This document shows, in pieces, positions 39,960 through 51,622 of a stretch of DNA of 64,000 bases. Position 1 is the first letter of the stretch, and each line of letters starts with the position of its first letter. Location of the stretch: positions 6,696,001-6,760,000 of the forward strand of contig JAWMAR010000102.1 of the NCBI GenBank assembly GCA_036785375.1, given 5' to 3'. The DNA is from Leucoraja ocellata. Its lineage: Eukaryota. Made by a program: the position numbers and the translations under genes. The notes under the pieces are model-generated. The model ran no database searches, was not told where the DNA came from, and saw only the letters and a program-made list of their open reading frames with translations.

Positions 39960-40380
39960 AGGGCAGAGAGGGGGAGAGACAGGCATGGAGAAGACAGAGA
40001 TGGGCGGGGAGGGATGGGCAGAGACGGGGTGGGGGGCAGAGAGAGAGATGGGGGGCAGAGGGAGAGATGGGGGGGCAGAGAGAGATGGGGGGGGGGGCAG
40101 AGAGAGATGGGGGAAGAGAGAGATGGGGGGCAGAGGGAGAGATGGGGGGGCAGAGAGACAGATGGGGGGGGGCAGAGAGAGAGATGGGGGGGGGCAGAGA
40201 GAGATGGGGGGGCAGAGAGAGATGGGGGGGCAGAGAGAGAGATGGGGCAGAGAGAGATGAGGGGGCAGAGAGAGATGGGGGGGGGGTAGAGAGAGATGGG
40301 GCAGAGAGAGATGAGGGGGCAGAGAGAGAGATGGGCAGAGAGAGATGAGGGGGCAGAGAGAGAGATGGGGGAGGGGGCAA
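39960..40380. repeat. purine-rich tandem repeat (Gn-CAGAGAGAGAT)n in TXNRD2 intron 1
   Basis: About 20 units with variable G-runs. Confidence 0.92.
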
Positions 40381-40549
40381 AGAAAGAGGGTGGGACAAGG
40401 GGATGGGCAGTCAGGAACAAAGATCTTATAGCTATAGGATCTTTGGTCAGGAGTTAAATTGCCCAGTCTATGTTCAGCTGCATCAGGAGAGTTGCTGCCG
40501 CTGGGAAATAGTGGAGTGAAGTCAAAATCTGCCCGACAACTAAAGACAC

Positions 40550-40790
40550 CGAACCGACCGCTGTCCACCCCCTTCTCTCTCTACCCGCCCCCCCCCCCCC
40601 CCCCCCGGGAACCGGGCCCACCGCCTCTACCCCCCCCCCCCCCCTCTCTCTACCCCGTGCCGCCGCCACTATCCCGGTCCCGGTTCCGCTTCTCCGGCCC
40701 CACAGCCGCAGCGCCGCCATCTTGCCGAGCCCGAGGACCCCGGGCCTAGCCGCCCACCGCGCCGCCTGCGCCCCCGACACACAGTCTGAG
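40550..40790. promoter_or_regulatory. CpG/GC-rich patch over TXNRD2 exon 1, probable promoter
   Basis: Dense CpG and GC-box-like CCGCCC motifs around the start codon, in non-repeat sequence. Confidence 0.7.
40654..40720 (-). CDS. TXNRD2: TXNRD2 exon 1 (mitochondrial targeting peptide MAALRLWGRRSGTGTGIVAAARG)
   Basis: ATG in good context (AAGATGG) within a CpG-rich patch. Arg/Ala-rich, acid-free peptide ending AARG like the human presequence. Phase-1 donor G|GTAGAG joins exon 2 in frame, but this donor is weak, so the end is less certain. Confidence 0.75.
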
Positions 40791-40854
40791 CTCCAGATCT
40801 CACTCTACACGCCTCAACAACACACATCTTCTCCTTCATTCTTAATTCTTAATT

Positions 40855-41466
40855 TGGTGGGTGGGGGTGTGTGTGTGGGTGGGGGTGTGTGTGTGGGGGG
40901 GGGGTGTGGGTGGGGGTGTGTGTGGGGGGGGGGGGTGTGGGTGGGGGTGTGGTGGGGGGGTGNNNNNNNNNNNNNNNNNNNNNNNNNNNNNNNNNNNNNN
41001 NNNNNNNNNNNNNNNNNNNNNNNNNNNNNNNNNNNNNNNNNNNNNNNNNNNNNNNNNNNNNNNNNNNNNNNNNNNNNNNNNNNNNNNNNNNNNNNNNNNN
41101 NNNNNNNNNNNNNNNNNNNNNNNNNNNNNNNNNNNNNNNNNNNNNNNNNNNNNNNNNNNNNNNNNNNNNNNNNNNNNNNNNNNNNNNNNNNNNNNNNNNN
41201 NNNNNNNNNNNNNNNNNNNNNNNNNNNNNNNNNNNGGGGTGGGGGTGTGTGTGGGGGTGGGGGTGTGTGTGTGGGGGGTGGGGGTGTGGGGGTGTGTGTG
41301 GGGGGGTAGGGGTAGGTGTGTGGGGGTGGGGGTGTGNNNNNNNNNNNNNNNNNNNNNNNNNNNNNNNNNNNNNNNNNNNNNNNNNNNNNNNNNNNNNNNN
41401 NNNNNNNNNNNNNNNNNNNNNNNNNNNNNNNNNNNNNNNNNNNNNNNNNNNNNNNNNNNNNNNNNN
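40855..41466. repeat. G/T-rich low-complexity repeat with two N gaps (40963-41235, 41337-41466)
   Basis: GGGGGTGTGT-type runs on both sides of the first gap. Confidence 0.92.
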
Positions 41467-42000
41467 GCCGGTGGCAATCCTGGACTTTTCGATAAAGTTC
41501 CTCATGAAAGGCTCCAAGGAAAACTGGATTACTGTGGCATCAGAAACAGTCAACATAACTAGATTAGGGACTTTCTCACAAACCGGACGCAGAGGATGGC
41601 CTGTGAAGGAAACATTTCTTCAGGAGAACAAGTACCGTCAGGACCAAAGATCCTACAGCGACCAAGATAGATCACTCGATGAAAAAGACGTAGTACGGTC
41701 AACGCTGAGGCCCTGTACAAGAAGGGACAGAGCCGGCTGGACTTTCTGAGAAGGCTCCGCTCCTTCAACATCTGCAGTGAGATGCTGCAGATGTTCTACC
41801 AATCGCTGGGGCAGCAGGGAGAATGCACAGACACCAACAGGATGAACAAACTCATCAGGAAGGCTGGTTCCGTCCTAGGGATGGTTGGATTCACGGGAGG
41901 TGGTCTTGGAGGGGAGGATGCTCCTCAAACTGCAGAGCATCCTGGACAATACAGCTCACCCCCTCCATGACACAATGGTCAACCTGAGGAACACCTTCAG
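41467..42000 (+). mobile_element. degenerate LINE RT fragments
   Basis: FDKVPHERLQGKLDYCGI (RT motif), followed by FLRRLRSFNICSEMLQMFYQS. Confidence 0.7.
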
Positions 42001-42139
42001 CATTGGTTTGCTACTTTATTTTAAGTACGCTGCTGCTCCATCTACATCCCTCGACGAACCTGGACATACTCGGTTCTACCCTCGCCCTCCCGCACAGGGT
42101 GCCCCAAGATGAGGGTGGTGGGAGTGAAGTGCAGCCAGA

Positions 42140-42920
42140 TAAACACCAGCAAAACCAAGGAACTGATTGTGGACTTTGGAAGGGGCAGGATGGGGTACAC
42201 AGTCCCGTTTATATCAACGGGTCAATGGTGGAAAGGGTCCAGAGCTTCAAATTCCTGGGCGTGCACATCTATGAAGATCTCTCCTGGTCCGAGAACACTG
42301 ATGCAATCATAAAGAAAGCAAAACAGCGCCTCTACTTCCTGAGAAGATACGGAGAGTCGGTTTGTCAAGGAGGACTCTCTCGAACTTCTACAGGTGCACA
42401 GTAGAGAGCATGCTGACCGGTTGCATCGTGGCTTGGTTCGGCAATTTGAGTGCCCTGGAGCAGAAAAGACTACAAAAAGTAGTAAACATTGCCCAGTCCA
42501 TCATTGGCTCTGACCTTCCTTCCATCGAGGGGATCTATCGCAGTCGCTGCCTCAAAAATGCTGGCAGTATCATCAAAGACCCACACCATCCTGGCCTTGC
42601 ACTCATCTCCCCGTTACCTTCAGGTAGAAGGTACAGGAGCCTGAGGACTGCAACGACCAGGTTCAGGAATAGTTACTTCCCCACAGCCATCAGGCTATTA
42701 AACTCAGCTCGGACAAAACTCTGAACATTAATAGCCCATTATCTGTTTATTTGCACTTTATCAGTTTATTTATTCATGTGTGTATATATTTATATAATGG
42801 TATATGGACACACTGATCTGTTCTGTATTCGTGCCGTCTATGTTCTGTTGTGCTGAAGCAAAGCAAGAATTTCATTGTCCTATCTGGAACACATGACAAT
42901 AAAACTCTCTTGAATCTTAT
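42140..42920 (+). mobile_element. Rex/Babar-like LINE 3' region
   Basis: KTKELIVDF, FKFLGVHI, QRLYFLR, TLSNFYRCTVESMLTGCIVAWFGN; GAATCTT-type tail. Confidence 0.88.
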
Positions 42921-43215
42921 AGAATCTTATAGGATCTTCTAGAAACTTACAAGAAACTTACAAAATTCTTAAGGGGTTGGACAGGACAGGTTTATAACAA
43001 TACACTCTCTTGAACTCTTGAATTGAAGGAGTAGGCCTTTCAGATATTGAAACAGAGTCTGCAACCTCAGGAAGGGTGTTAATGGAGCTGGTGGGCGAGA
43101 CTCCATACCAGACACACTAGGGATCGCGAAATAGACTGAGCAGGCGGGCGGGCGGGGGGGCGGGACTTTGGACGTGGAAATGGTGCCAAAACATGACGCC
43201 ACCTGCATGTGTAAA

Positions 43216-43541
43216 TAGAAACATAGAAACATAGAAATTAGGTGCAGGAGTAGAGGCCATTCGGCCCTTCGAGCCTGCACCGCCATTCAATATGATCATG
43301 GCTGATCATCCAACTCAGTATCCCGTACCAGCCTTCTCTCCATACCCCCTGATCCCCTTAGCCACAAGGGCCACATCTAACTCCCTCTTAAATATAGCCA
43401 ATGAACTGTGGCCTCGACTACCCTCTGCGGCAGAGAGTTCCAGAGATTCACCACTCTCTGTGTGAAAAAGTTCTTCTCATCTCGGTTTTAAAGGATTTCC
43501 CCCTTATCCTTAAGCTGTGACCCCTTGTCCTGGACTTCCCT
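43216..43541 (-). mobile_element. CR1 LINE 3' end
   Basis: (ATAGAAAC)n tail and conserved 3'UTR. Confidence 0.9.
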
Positions 43542-43909
43542 ATGCAAAACAAATCTCACTATGAAGTTGCACATGTGACAAGGGAACGAAACGAAAATGT
43601 CACGATCTGAATATTTGCGAATCGTGACAATAGAAAGTGAGTCACATTATATTTCTTTTATTGCTGACAGTTCCTATGGTGTTAATTCGTTTCTCTGTGT
43701 GTGTGCTCTCATTCTTCCTCTCCCCACCCACTCTTACATGCAGCTGGGAAAGCAGATAAGTCACCTGTATACATCTACTAGACGATAGGATTAGTGCCCA
43801 CATTTGCCCCGAGGCCAGATGGCTTATTTCTGTTTCTCAGAACTGCCAAGAATCATCAGGCATGCAGTGGATGGATCTAAAGGCCAAGGAACAAGGGAGT
43901 TCAAGCAAC

Positions 43910-44256
43910 TGCTGCTTTGGCTAACTGGAATATCTGTCTCTTCAACATGACTCTTACCAAGGTAGACAAAAGTGCTGGAGAAACTCAGCGGGTGCAGCAG
44001 CATCTATGGAGCGAAGGAAATACGCACCGTTTCGGGACGAAGCCTGAAAGGAAATAGGCAACGTTTCGGGCCGAAACCCAAAAGGGTTTCGGCCCGAAAT
44101 GTTGCCTATTTCCTTCGCTCCATAGATGCTGCTGCACCCGCTGAGTTTCTCCAGCACTTTGTCGACCTTCAATTTTTCCAGCATCTGCAGTTCCTTCTTA
44201 AAAAACGAAATGACTCTTTTACCAATTTCTGCAGATGTGCCTTAGAGAGCATTTGA
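43910..44256 (+). repeat. inverted duplication, copy A (PLE palindrome plus flanks)
   Basis: Reverse complement of 45414-45756; the PLE is bounded by TSD ATGACTCTTACCAA. Confidence 0.92.
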
Positions 44257-45413
44257 TTTGTTTGGCAGGCAGCTTTGGTTGGGAACAGCTTTACCCCGGA
44301 TCGCAAGAAATTACAGAGCTATAGATGTAGCCCAGTCCATCACAACAAGTCTCCGTCTACATTTCACGCTGCCTTGGGGAAAACAGCCAATATAATCAAG
44401 GACTTTTTTCAGCCCCAATTCTTCTCTCTCCTCCGTGACGGGTCACGTGCCACCAGATTCGGGAACAGGTTCTTCTCTACAGTTATCAGACTACTCACCA
44501 GTCCCCCCATCAAGACTTTAATACTCATATATACCGAAATGGAACAATGGAATTCTTACCTGTAAGCTAGTTTAGTCCCGATCTCCCTCACTGTGGACAT
44601 TGACTCTCTAACTGTAACACAAAAACACTATATTTTGCTCCCTAGTATTTGATTTGACTAGATAGCACACCAAGTTTTTTTGCTACACCTTGCAACACAT
44701 GACGACAATAAACCCATTCCAAATTACTTTGAGTACGATCGCTGTTATAGAAACAAACAGTAGCCACTTCACACAAGATTTCAAACAGTAAATAACCTTC
44801 ACAAGTGGCCCATGCTATTTGATGGCAGTGGGAACATTGGCCAGGATTCTCTGTTTTACGTCAGTCTAAACAGACGACAGGAGTAGAATGAAGCATCTTA
44901 TCTTAAGGGCATCAGAGGGCGGTGGAAGCAGGTTCTCTGGATGCTTTCAAGAGAGAGCTAGACACGGCTCTTAAAGATAGCGGAGTCAGGGGATATGGGG
45001 AGAAGGCAGGAACGGGGTACTGATTGGGGATGATCAGCCATGATCACATTGAATGGCGGTGCTGGCTCGAAGGGCCGAATGGCCTACTCCTGCACCTATT
45101 GTTTATTGTCTATTGGCAGCCCTCTTGAAATCCTGTTGATTCCTCAGCCAAATACAAAGACATTGACCTAGATTTTTGCCCCTCAAGCATGTGCCTCAAG
45201 TTTGAACGATAATGACTTGGTAATGTTCTCCAATTCCTTCATTTCTTACACTTAAAGCTGCTATCTATCAAGAATCAATGAATTGCTCTATCATGGAGGA
45301 GCAGAACAGCAGAGCACAGCAACAGGCCCTTTGGTCCACAACGTCCATGTTCACATGATGCCAAGTTAAACTCATCTCTGTACATGTGATCCACACCCCC
45401 ATTCATTCCCTGC

Positions 45414-45756
45414 TCAAATGCTCTCTAAGGCACATCTGCAGGAATTGGTAAGAGTCATTTCGTTTTTAAGAAGGAACTGCAGATGCTGGAAAATTGAAGG
45501 TCGACAAAGTGCTGGAGAAACTCAGCGGGTGCAGCAGCATCTATGGAGCGAAGGAAATAGCCAACGTTTCGGGACGAAGCCCGAAAGGAAATAGGCAACG
45601 TTTTGGGCCGAAACCCGAAAGGGTTTCGGCCCGAAACGTTGCCTATTTCCTTCGCTCCATAGATGCTGCTGCACCCGCTGAGTTTCTCCAGCACTTTTGT
45701 CTACCTTGGTAAGAGTCATGTTGAAGAGACAGATATTCCAGTTAGCCAAAGCAGCA
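45414..45756 (-). repeat. inverted duplication, copy B, inserted in an old CR1 remnant
   Basis: Flanks are the reverse complement of copy A; TSD TTGGTAAGAGTCAT at 45445-45458 and 45706-45719. Confidence 0.92.
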
Positions 45757-47117
45757 ATATCCATAAGCCTCCTAAATGCCACTATCATATATTTCATCCA
45801 CCACCTCTGGCAGCGCGTTCCAGGGATAAATGGCTTCCTTCTGAGCTTACTCATCCTGTGAATGCATGGAGTACAATTTCCCACAATATCAGGAAATTTC
45901 ACTTGCCAAGCTCAGTGAACGGAGTCAGATTCCAAATCCCTGGTGTGGATGTCAATCCGACAAACCTGGTAAGCTGCCATCATGCCCGCCTAACGAAGGG
46001 CAGCAGCTATTCTCACTGACCCGGGGAGTGGGGTTACCAACTGTATCTGACCCATAACCAGCAAACAAACACCATCTCCCAACAGTCACCTGCCGATGTC
46101 AGAGCAACCAAGGACATACCTCAAGTCATACGAGATGTGCAGTGAAATGAAAAGTGGCAATGCTCGCGGACTTTGTGCAAAAAACAAACAAACAAACAAA
46201 CTACAAAACAGAATGGAACAGAATCCCATATTCACATATTACATATTTGTGGTAAAAAGAAAAAAACAGCAATTTAAAAAAGACACCACACAACAGTAAA
46301 TTGGTTCAGTAAAGTTAGTCCCTGGTGAGATCGGAGTTTACAGTCCTACTGGCCTCTGGGAAGAAACTCCTTCTCAACCTCTCCGTTTTCACAGCGTGGC
46401 AACGGAGGCGTTTGCCTGACCGTAGCAGCTGGAACAGTCCGTTGCTGGGGCGGAAGGGGTCATTGATGGTCTTGTTGGCCCTGAAGTTGCACCTTCTGAT
46501 GTATAGTTCCTGCAGGGGGGGGCGAGTGTCACGTTTTAAAAAAAAACCCAGAATATGCTGGAAACAATCAGCAGGTAAAGCAGTGAGTGTAGAAAGAGCA
46601 ATTACAGGTCAAAGATACTTTGTCAGAACTGGGAAGGAGAGAAGACAAATTAGTGGCAAGCAGTGGGGAAGGAAGAATAGGCTTTCTGTGAGCTAGGCCA
46701 GGATTGCTCTAAAAACAAGGTCAACGGGTTAATGGGAGCAATTAGGGAAAGAGAGCATGGTGCCTTTGTCGGAAAAGCTATGAAACGAGGGCATTGAGAG
46801 CAAAGGATGTTCAGAATTGCCTGTCAAGCGGGTCACGCCGTGCTGATGGAGTGATAAATTGGAGTGGGGAGGGAACACTGGAACTAGTTTTGGCGCAGAG
46901 TCTCTGGGAAGAATATTCAATACGAGCATTCAGATCGGGAGCAATCGGACTGGGTGTCAGGCTGTTCTTTGTCAGAGGAATCCTAATTGGTTCTTCTCAT
47001 CCTAACTCAGGATAACTGTACCAATCCCATTGTCCCGTTGAGGTTATCCAACACGGCAGACCCATGAATTAACCTAGAATCCTACACTACTGCACAAAGT
47101 ACTCAGCAGCCTGAGTG

Positions 47118-47470
47118 AAAGACCTGGATAGAGTGGATGTGAAGAGGATGTTGCCACTAGTGGGAGATTCTAGGACTAGTCATAACCTCATAATTAAAGG
47201 ACGCTCCTTTAGGAAGGAGATGAGGGGGAATTTCTTTAGTCAGAGGGTGATGAATCTGTGGAATACTTTGCCACAGACGGCTGTGGAGGCCAAGTCAATC
47301 GATATTTTTAAGGCAGAGATAGATGCTTGATTAGTGCGGGTGTCAGGGGTTATGGGGAGAAGGCAGGAGAATGGGTGAGGAGGGAGAGATAGATCAGCCA
47401 AGATTGAATGGTGGGGTGGAGTAGACTGGATGGGCTGAATGGCATAATTCTCCTCCTATCTCTTATGACC
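47118..47470 (+). mobile_element. CR1 LINE 3' end
   Basis: FFSQRVMNLWNTLP. Confidence 0.85.
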
Positions 47471-47550
47471 AACCTGACAGATACGTTGAGATTTACCCAG
47501 TCAATCAACTCCAGGCATTGATATGTGGTGACTTTTTAAGTATTTTTTAC

Positions 47551-47822
47551 ACGGTAGAGTTGCTGCCTTACAGCGAATGCAGCGCCGGAGGCCCAGGTTC
47601 GGTCCTGACTACGGGTGCTGTCTGTACGGAGTTTGCACGTTCCCCCGTGAGTTTTCTCCGAGATATTCGGTTTACTCCCAACTCCAAAAACGAACAGGTT
47701 TGTAGGTAAGTGTAAAAATAGTCTCGAGTGGGTATAGGATAGTGTTAATGTGCGGGGATCGCTGGTCGGCGCGGAACTGGTGGGCTGGAAGGGCCTGTTT
47801 CTGCACTGTATATCTAAACTAA
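47551..47822 (+). mobile_element. HE1-like SINE
   Basis: SINE head, core and tail. Confidence 0.85.
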
Positions 47823-48376
47823 AAAAATGAAAAATCATTGAGTTCAAATAAAGAATATGTGGATAACAGGCTTGGTTGGAAGTCCATCAATCACTGATCA
47901 CTGTCAGAGCTCGGATGTACAAATTGTCCCGTGGCAAGTACTACAGGATTCCTGTCAACCTGGAAACACTGACAGAACGTATCATGGATGCTGCCAACCT
48001 TACACTGTTACATCAAATCTTCATCAAACTGACCCAGCAGCTCAGAGGCATTGTAAAATATTCAAGACGTATTCCTCCCAGTGGCCAGCTCCAACCACCA
48101 CCAACAACACAGATTACCAAATTATTGAGCTCATAATTATTTGCAAGATCTTCATTTGATAAAACGATAAATTATATTGCTCAGTGCTGTTCAGCCATAA
48201 CCAGAGATGGCACATAGAACGGTACAGCACAGCACGAGGCCCTTCGGCCCACAATGTTAGTGTTAAACATGATGCCAAGTTAAACTAATCTCCACTGCCC
48301 GCATGTGATCCATATCCATCAATTTCCTGCATCTACATTTGCCTATCTAAAAGCCTTTTAAATCGCCTATTTAAGA

Positions 48377-49440
48377 ATATGGAGAGTCGGTTTGTCAGGG
48401 AGGACTCTCTCGAACTTCTACAGGTGCACAGTAGAGAGCATGCTGACCGGTTGCATCGTGGCTTGGTTCGGCAATTTGTGCGCCCAGGAGCGGAAAAGAC
48501 TACAAAAAGTAGTAACCACTGCCCAGTCCATCATCGGCTCTGACCTCCCTTCCATCAAGGGGATCTATCGCAGTTGCTGCCTCAAATAGGCTGACAGCAT
48601 CATCAAGGACCCACACCATCCTGGCCACACGCTGCCTTCAGGTAGAAGGTACAGGAGCCTGAAGACTGCAAACGTCCAGGTTCAGGAATAGTTACTTCTC
48701 CACAGCCATCAGGCTATTAAACCCGTCTGAAGAAGGGTTTCGGCCCGAAACGTTGCCTATTTCCTTCGCTCCATAGATGCTGCTGCACCCGCTGAGTTTC
48801 TCCAGCTTTTTTGTGTACCAGGCTATTAAACTCAACTGAAACAAAACTCTGAACATTAATAACCCATTATCTGTTTATTTGCACTTTATCTGTTTATTTA
48901 TTCATGTGTGTATATATTTATATAATGGTATATGGACACACTGATCTGTTCTGTAGTCATGCCTGGTATGTTCTGTTGTGCTGAAGCAAAGCAAGAATTT
49001 CATTGTCCTATCTGGAACACATGACAATAAACTCTCTTGAATCTTATAGAATCTTACAAGAAACTTACAAAATTCTTAAGGGGTTGGACAGGCTAGATGC
49101 AGGAAGATTGTTCCCGATGTTGGGGAAGTCCAGAACAAGGGGTCACAGTTTAAGGATAAGGGGGAAATCTTTTAGTGCCGAGATGAGAAAAAACATTTTT
49201 CACACAGAGAGTGGTGAATCTGTGGAATTCTCTGCCAGAGAAGGTAGTTGAGGCCACAGTTCATTGGCTATATTTAAGAGGGAGTTAGATGTGGCCCTTG
49301 TGGCTAAAGGGATCAGGGGGTATGGAGAGAAGGCAGGTACGGGATACTGAGTTGGATGATCAGCCATGATCATATTGAATGGCGGTGCAGGCTCGAAGGG
49401 CCGAATGGCCTACTCCTGCACCTATTGTCTATGTTTCTAT
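48377..49440 (+). mobile_element. Rex/Babar-like LINE 3' end with nested PLE arm and CR1 3' end (49062-49440)
   Basis: Near-copy of 42347-42985. Confidence 0.85.
48725..48756 (+). ncRNA. putative minimal type-I hammerhead ribozyme motif (PLE terminal repeat)
   Basis: gt-CTGAAGA-A-GGGT-TTCG-GCCC-GAAA-CGTT-gc; core boxes and stem II are present, stems I and III are minimal; activity untested. Confidence 0.55.
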
Positions 49441-50497
49441 GAATCTTGAATCTACGGCATTTACCTCCATCACCTTTATAATCACGTTACCAAGGTACAG
49501 TGAAATTCTTTGTTTGCATACAGAGCAGTAAGATTATAGTCGTACAATCCCCAGTTAAGTACACAATGCATTGAAACAGCCCACCGAGCCTATGTACAAG
49601 AGTTGCCAAGTTTTGACACCATTTCACAGCCCTATCCCTGGCAGTGCGTTGCAGGCACTCACCAGCATGTGTGTGAAAACAAATCTGCCCTGCATATCTC
49701 CTTTCAACTTTGGCCTTCTCACCTTAAAGCTATATCCTCTAGTCTTTGACATTCCACCGAGAGATTGTGTTGTCAACTCTCATAATGTATGTCAGGTCTC
49801 CCCTCAGTGTCCGACCCTCCAGAGAAAAACAATCTCCTTACAGTTAATACCCACCAATCCAGACAGCACTCTGGTAAACCTCTCCAAAGCCACAACGGTA
49901 CACAATACTCCCGACGGGCCTAACCAAAGGCCTATGAAGCTGCAACATGAGATATTTCTGGTCTAAGAATAATGGGTTTTCAGAACTTGTGGAAGCGTTA
50001 GCTTTTGGAATCAATGATTTTGGGAAGCTACTGAAGAATACAAATAACTTTAAAGTGATAAGCAACAGAGGGCAGTTCAATAACATCAAGCCAGTGCTTC
50101 AAAACTGTCCAAACCATTTTGATTCACAGCTGATCTATTTTTCATGAAAGATGCCACCGATTTTCCAGCAACCTCGGTTCCAAAACCTTTTAGATTATCT
50201 GTTTTGCTGGATCAACAGAGGTCACGGCCTCCGAGAAGAGTCGAAAGGAACCAGAGAGATCCACCCAGGCCCCTGAGGGGCTGAGATAATGGCCTGCAAA
50301 TTCAGCCTTGGAAGTCGGCAATGGGAACGGATCTGCTGGCTCTGGTTGGGCCCGAGTTGCAGGGGTCAAAGTCGACCCCGCCCATCGACCGTGGAAGTCC
50401 TGATGAGGTCGACATCGACCTAGGCACCACCTTCTCAGGGGGACTTTGGGCTTTTAAATGCATTCTCGTAATTCTGTCCAGAGTAAAGGAGGTACTG

Positions 50498-50955
50498 TTC
50501 AATAAAGACTGGATAGACTTGGTTTATACTCTCTAGAATTTAGGAGATTGAGGGGGGATCTTATAGAAACATACAAAATTCTTAAGGGGTTGGACAGACT
50601 AGATGCAGGAAGATTGTTCCCGATGTTGGGGAAGTCCAGAACAAGGGGTCACACAGTTTAAGGATAAGGGGGAAATCCTTTAAAACCGAGATGAGAAGAA
50701 CTTTTTTCACACAGAGAGTGGTGAATCTCTGGAACTCTCTGCCACAGAGGGAAGTTGAGGCCAGTTAATTGGCTATATTTAAGAGGGAGTTAGATGTGGC
50801 CCTTGTGGCCAAGGGGATCAGAGGGTATGGAGAGAAGGCAGGTACGGGATACTGAGTTGGATGATCAGCCATGATCATATTGAATGGCGGTGCAGGCTCG
50901 AAGGGCCGAATGGCCTCTACTCCTGCACCTAATTTCTATGTTTCTATGTCTATGT
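50498..50955 (+). mobile_element. CR1 LINE 3' end
   Basis: Young copy, close to 49062-49440 and 62597-62965. Confidence 0.9.
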
Positions 50956-51622
50956 TACTGGAACACCAGTTGCTAGAAAATAATTGTACTGCAGTTATTT
51001 CTTATAAAAAATGAAATTAAATGCTGAGAATCATTCTGCACAGGAGGCTATAAATCCCATAGTGTCTGACCTGACGCTATGAACGAGCCATCAGGTGATC
51101 CCATACCCACTGCAAAATCCACCGAAAAACCTATATATTTTCTTTCAAAGTCAGTTTCTAATTCTACCTTCAAATTTACGAATGAACCTGCTTCACCGCC
51201 TCTTCTGGCAATTCTTAACGTCAATAATTCACAATGTAAATAGATCTTTTTTTCTTCCTCAACATCTACTGCCCAGTATTCTGAAATAAATCAATTTTAA
51301 AACAGCCAAATGTGTGTGCATCAATGCAGGGAGAGTAAAGCAATGAGCTCAGATGAATAGCTCTTTCAATAGATGGAATTTAAAAAAAAAAGAAAATGAC
51401 AAACATTCGGCAGGTCGGGCAGCATCTGCGTAAAAGAGAAACAGATTTACAGGTACAGCAGCTCCATAGATGCTGCTGCACCCGCTGAGTTTCTCCAGCA
51501 TTTGTGTGTACCAACAGATTTACAATTTCAGGTCAAAGATCTTTCGGCATAACTGAAAAATAAAGCTAAATAAAGTGGTTTTAAGCTGTGAACCAGGTGA
51601 TGAGAGAATTGGATAAAACTAA

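Noticed and set aside
42362-42724. host gene ORF (RRTLSNFYRCTVES..., ALKBH8/DUF1891-like)
   Set aside because: C-terminus of a LINE ORF, present in several decayed copies with a LINE tail.
50400-50425. second hammerhead: CTGATGA followed by GGTCGA-CA-TCGACC hairpin
   Set aside because: The required GAAA box after stem II is missing (TAGG instead); it lies in a probable old DNA transposon remnant.
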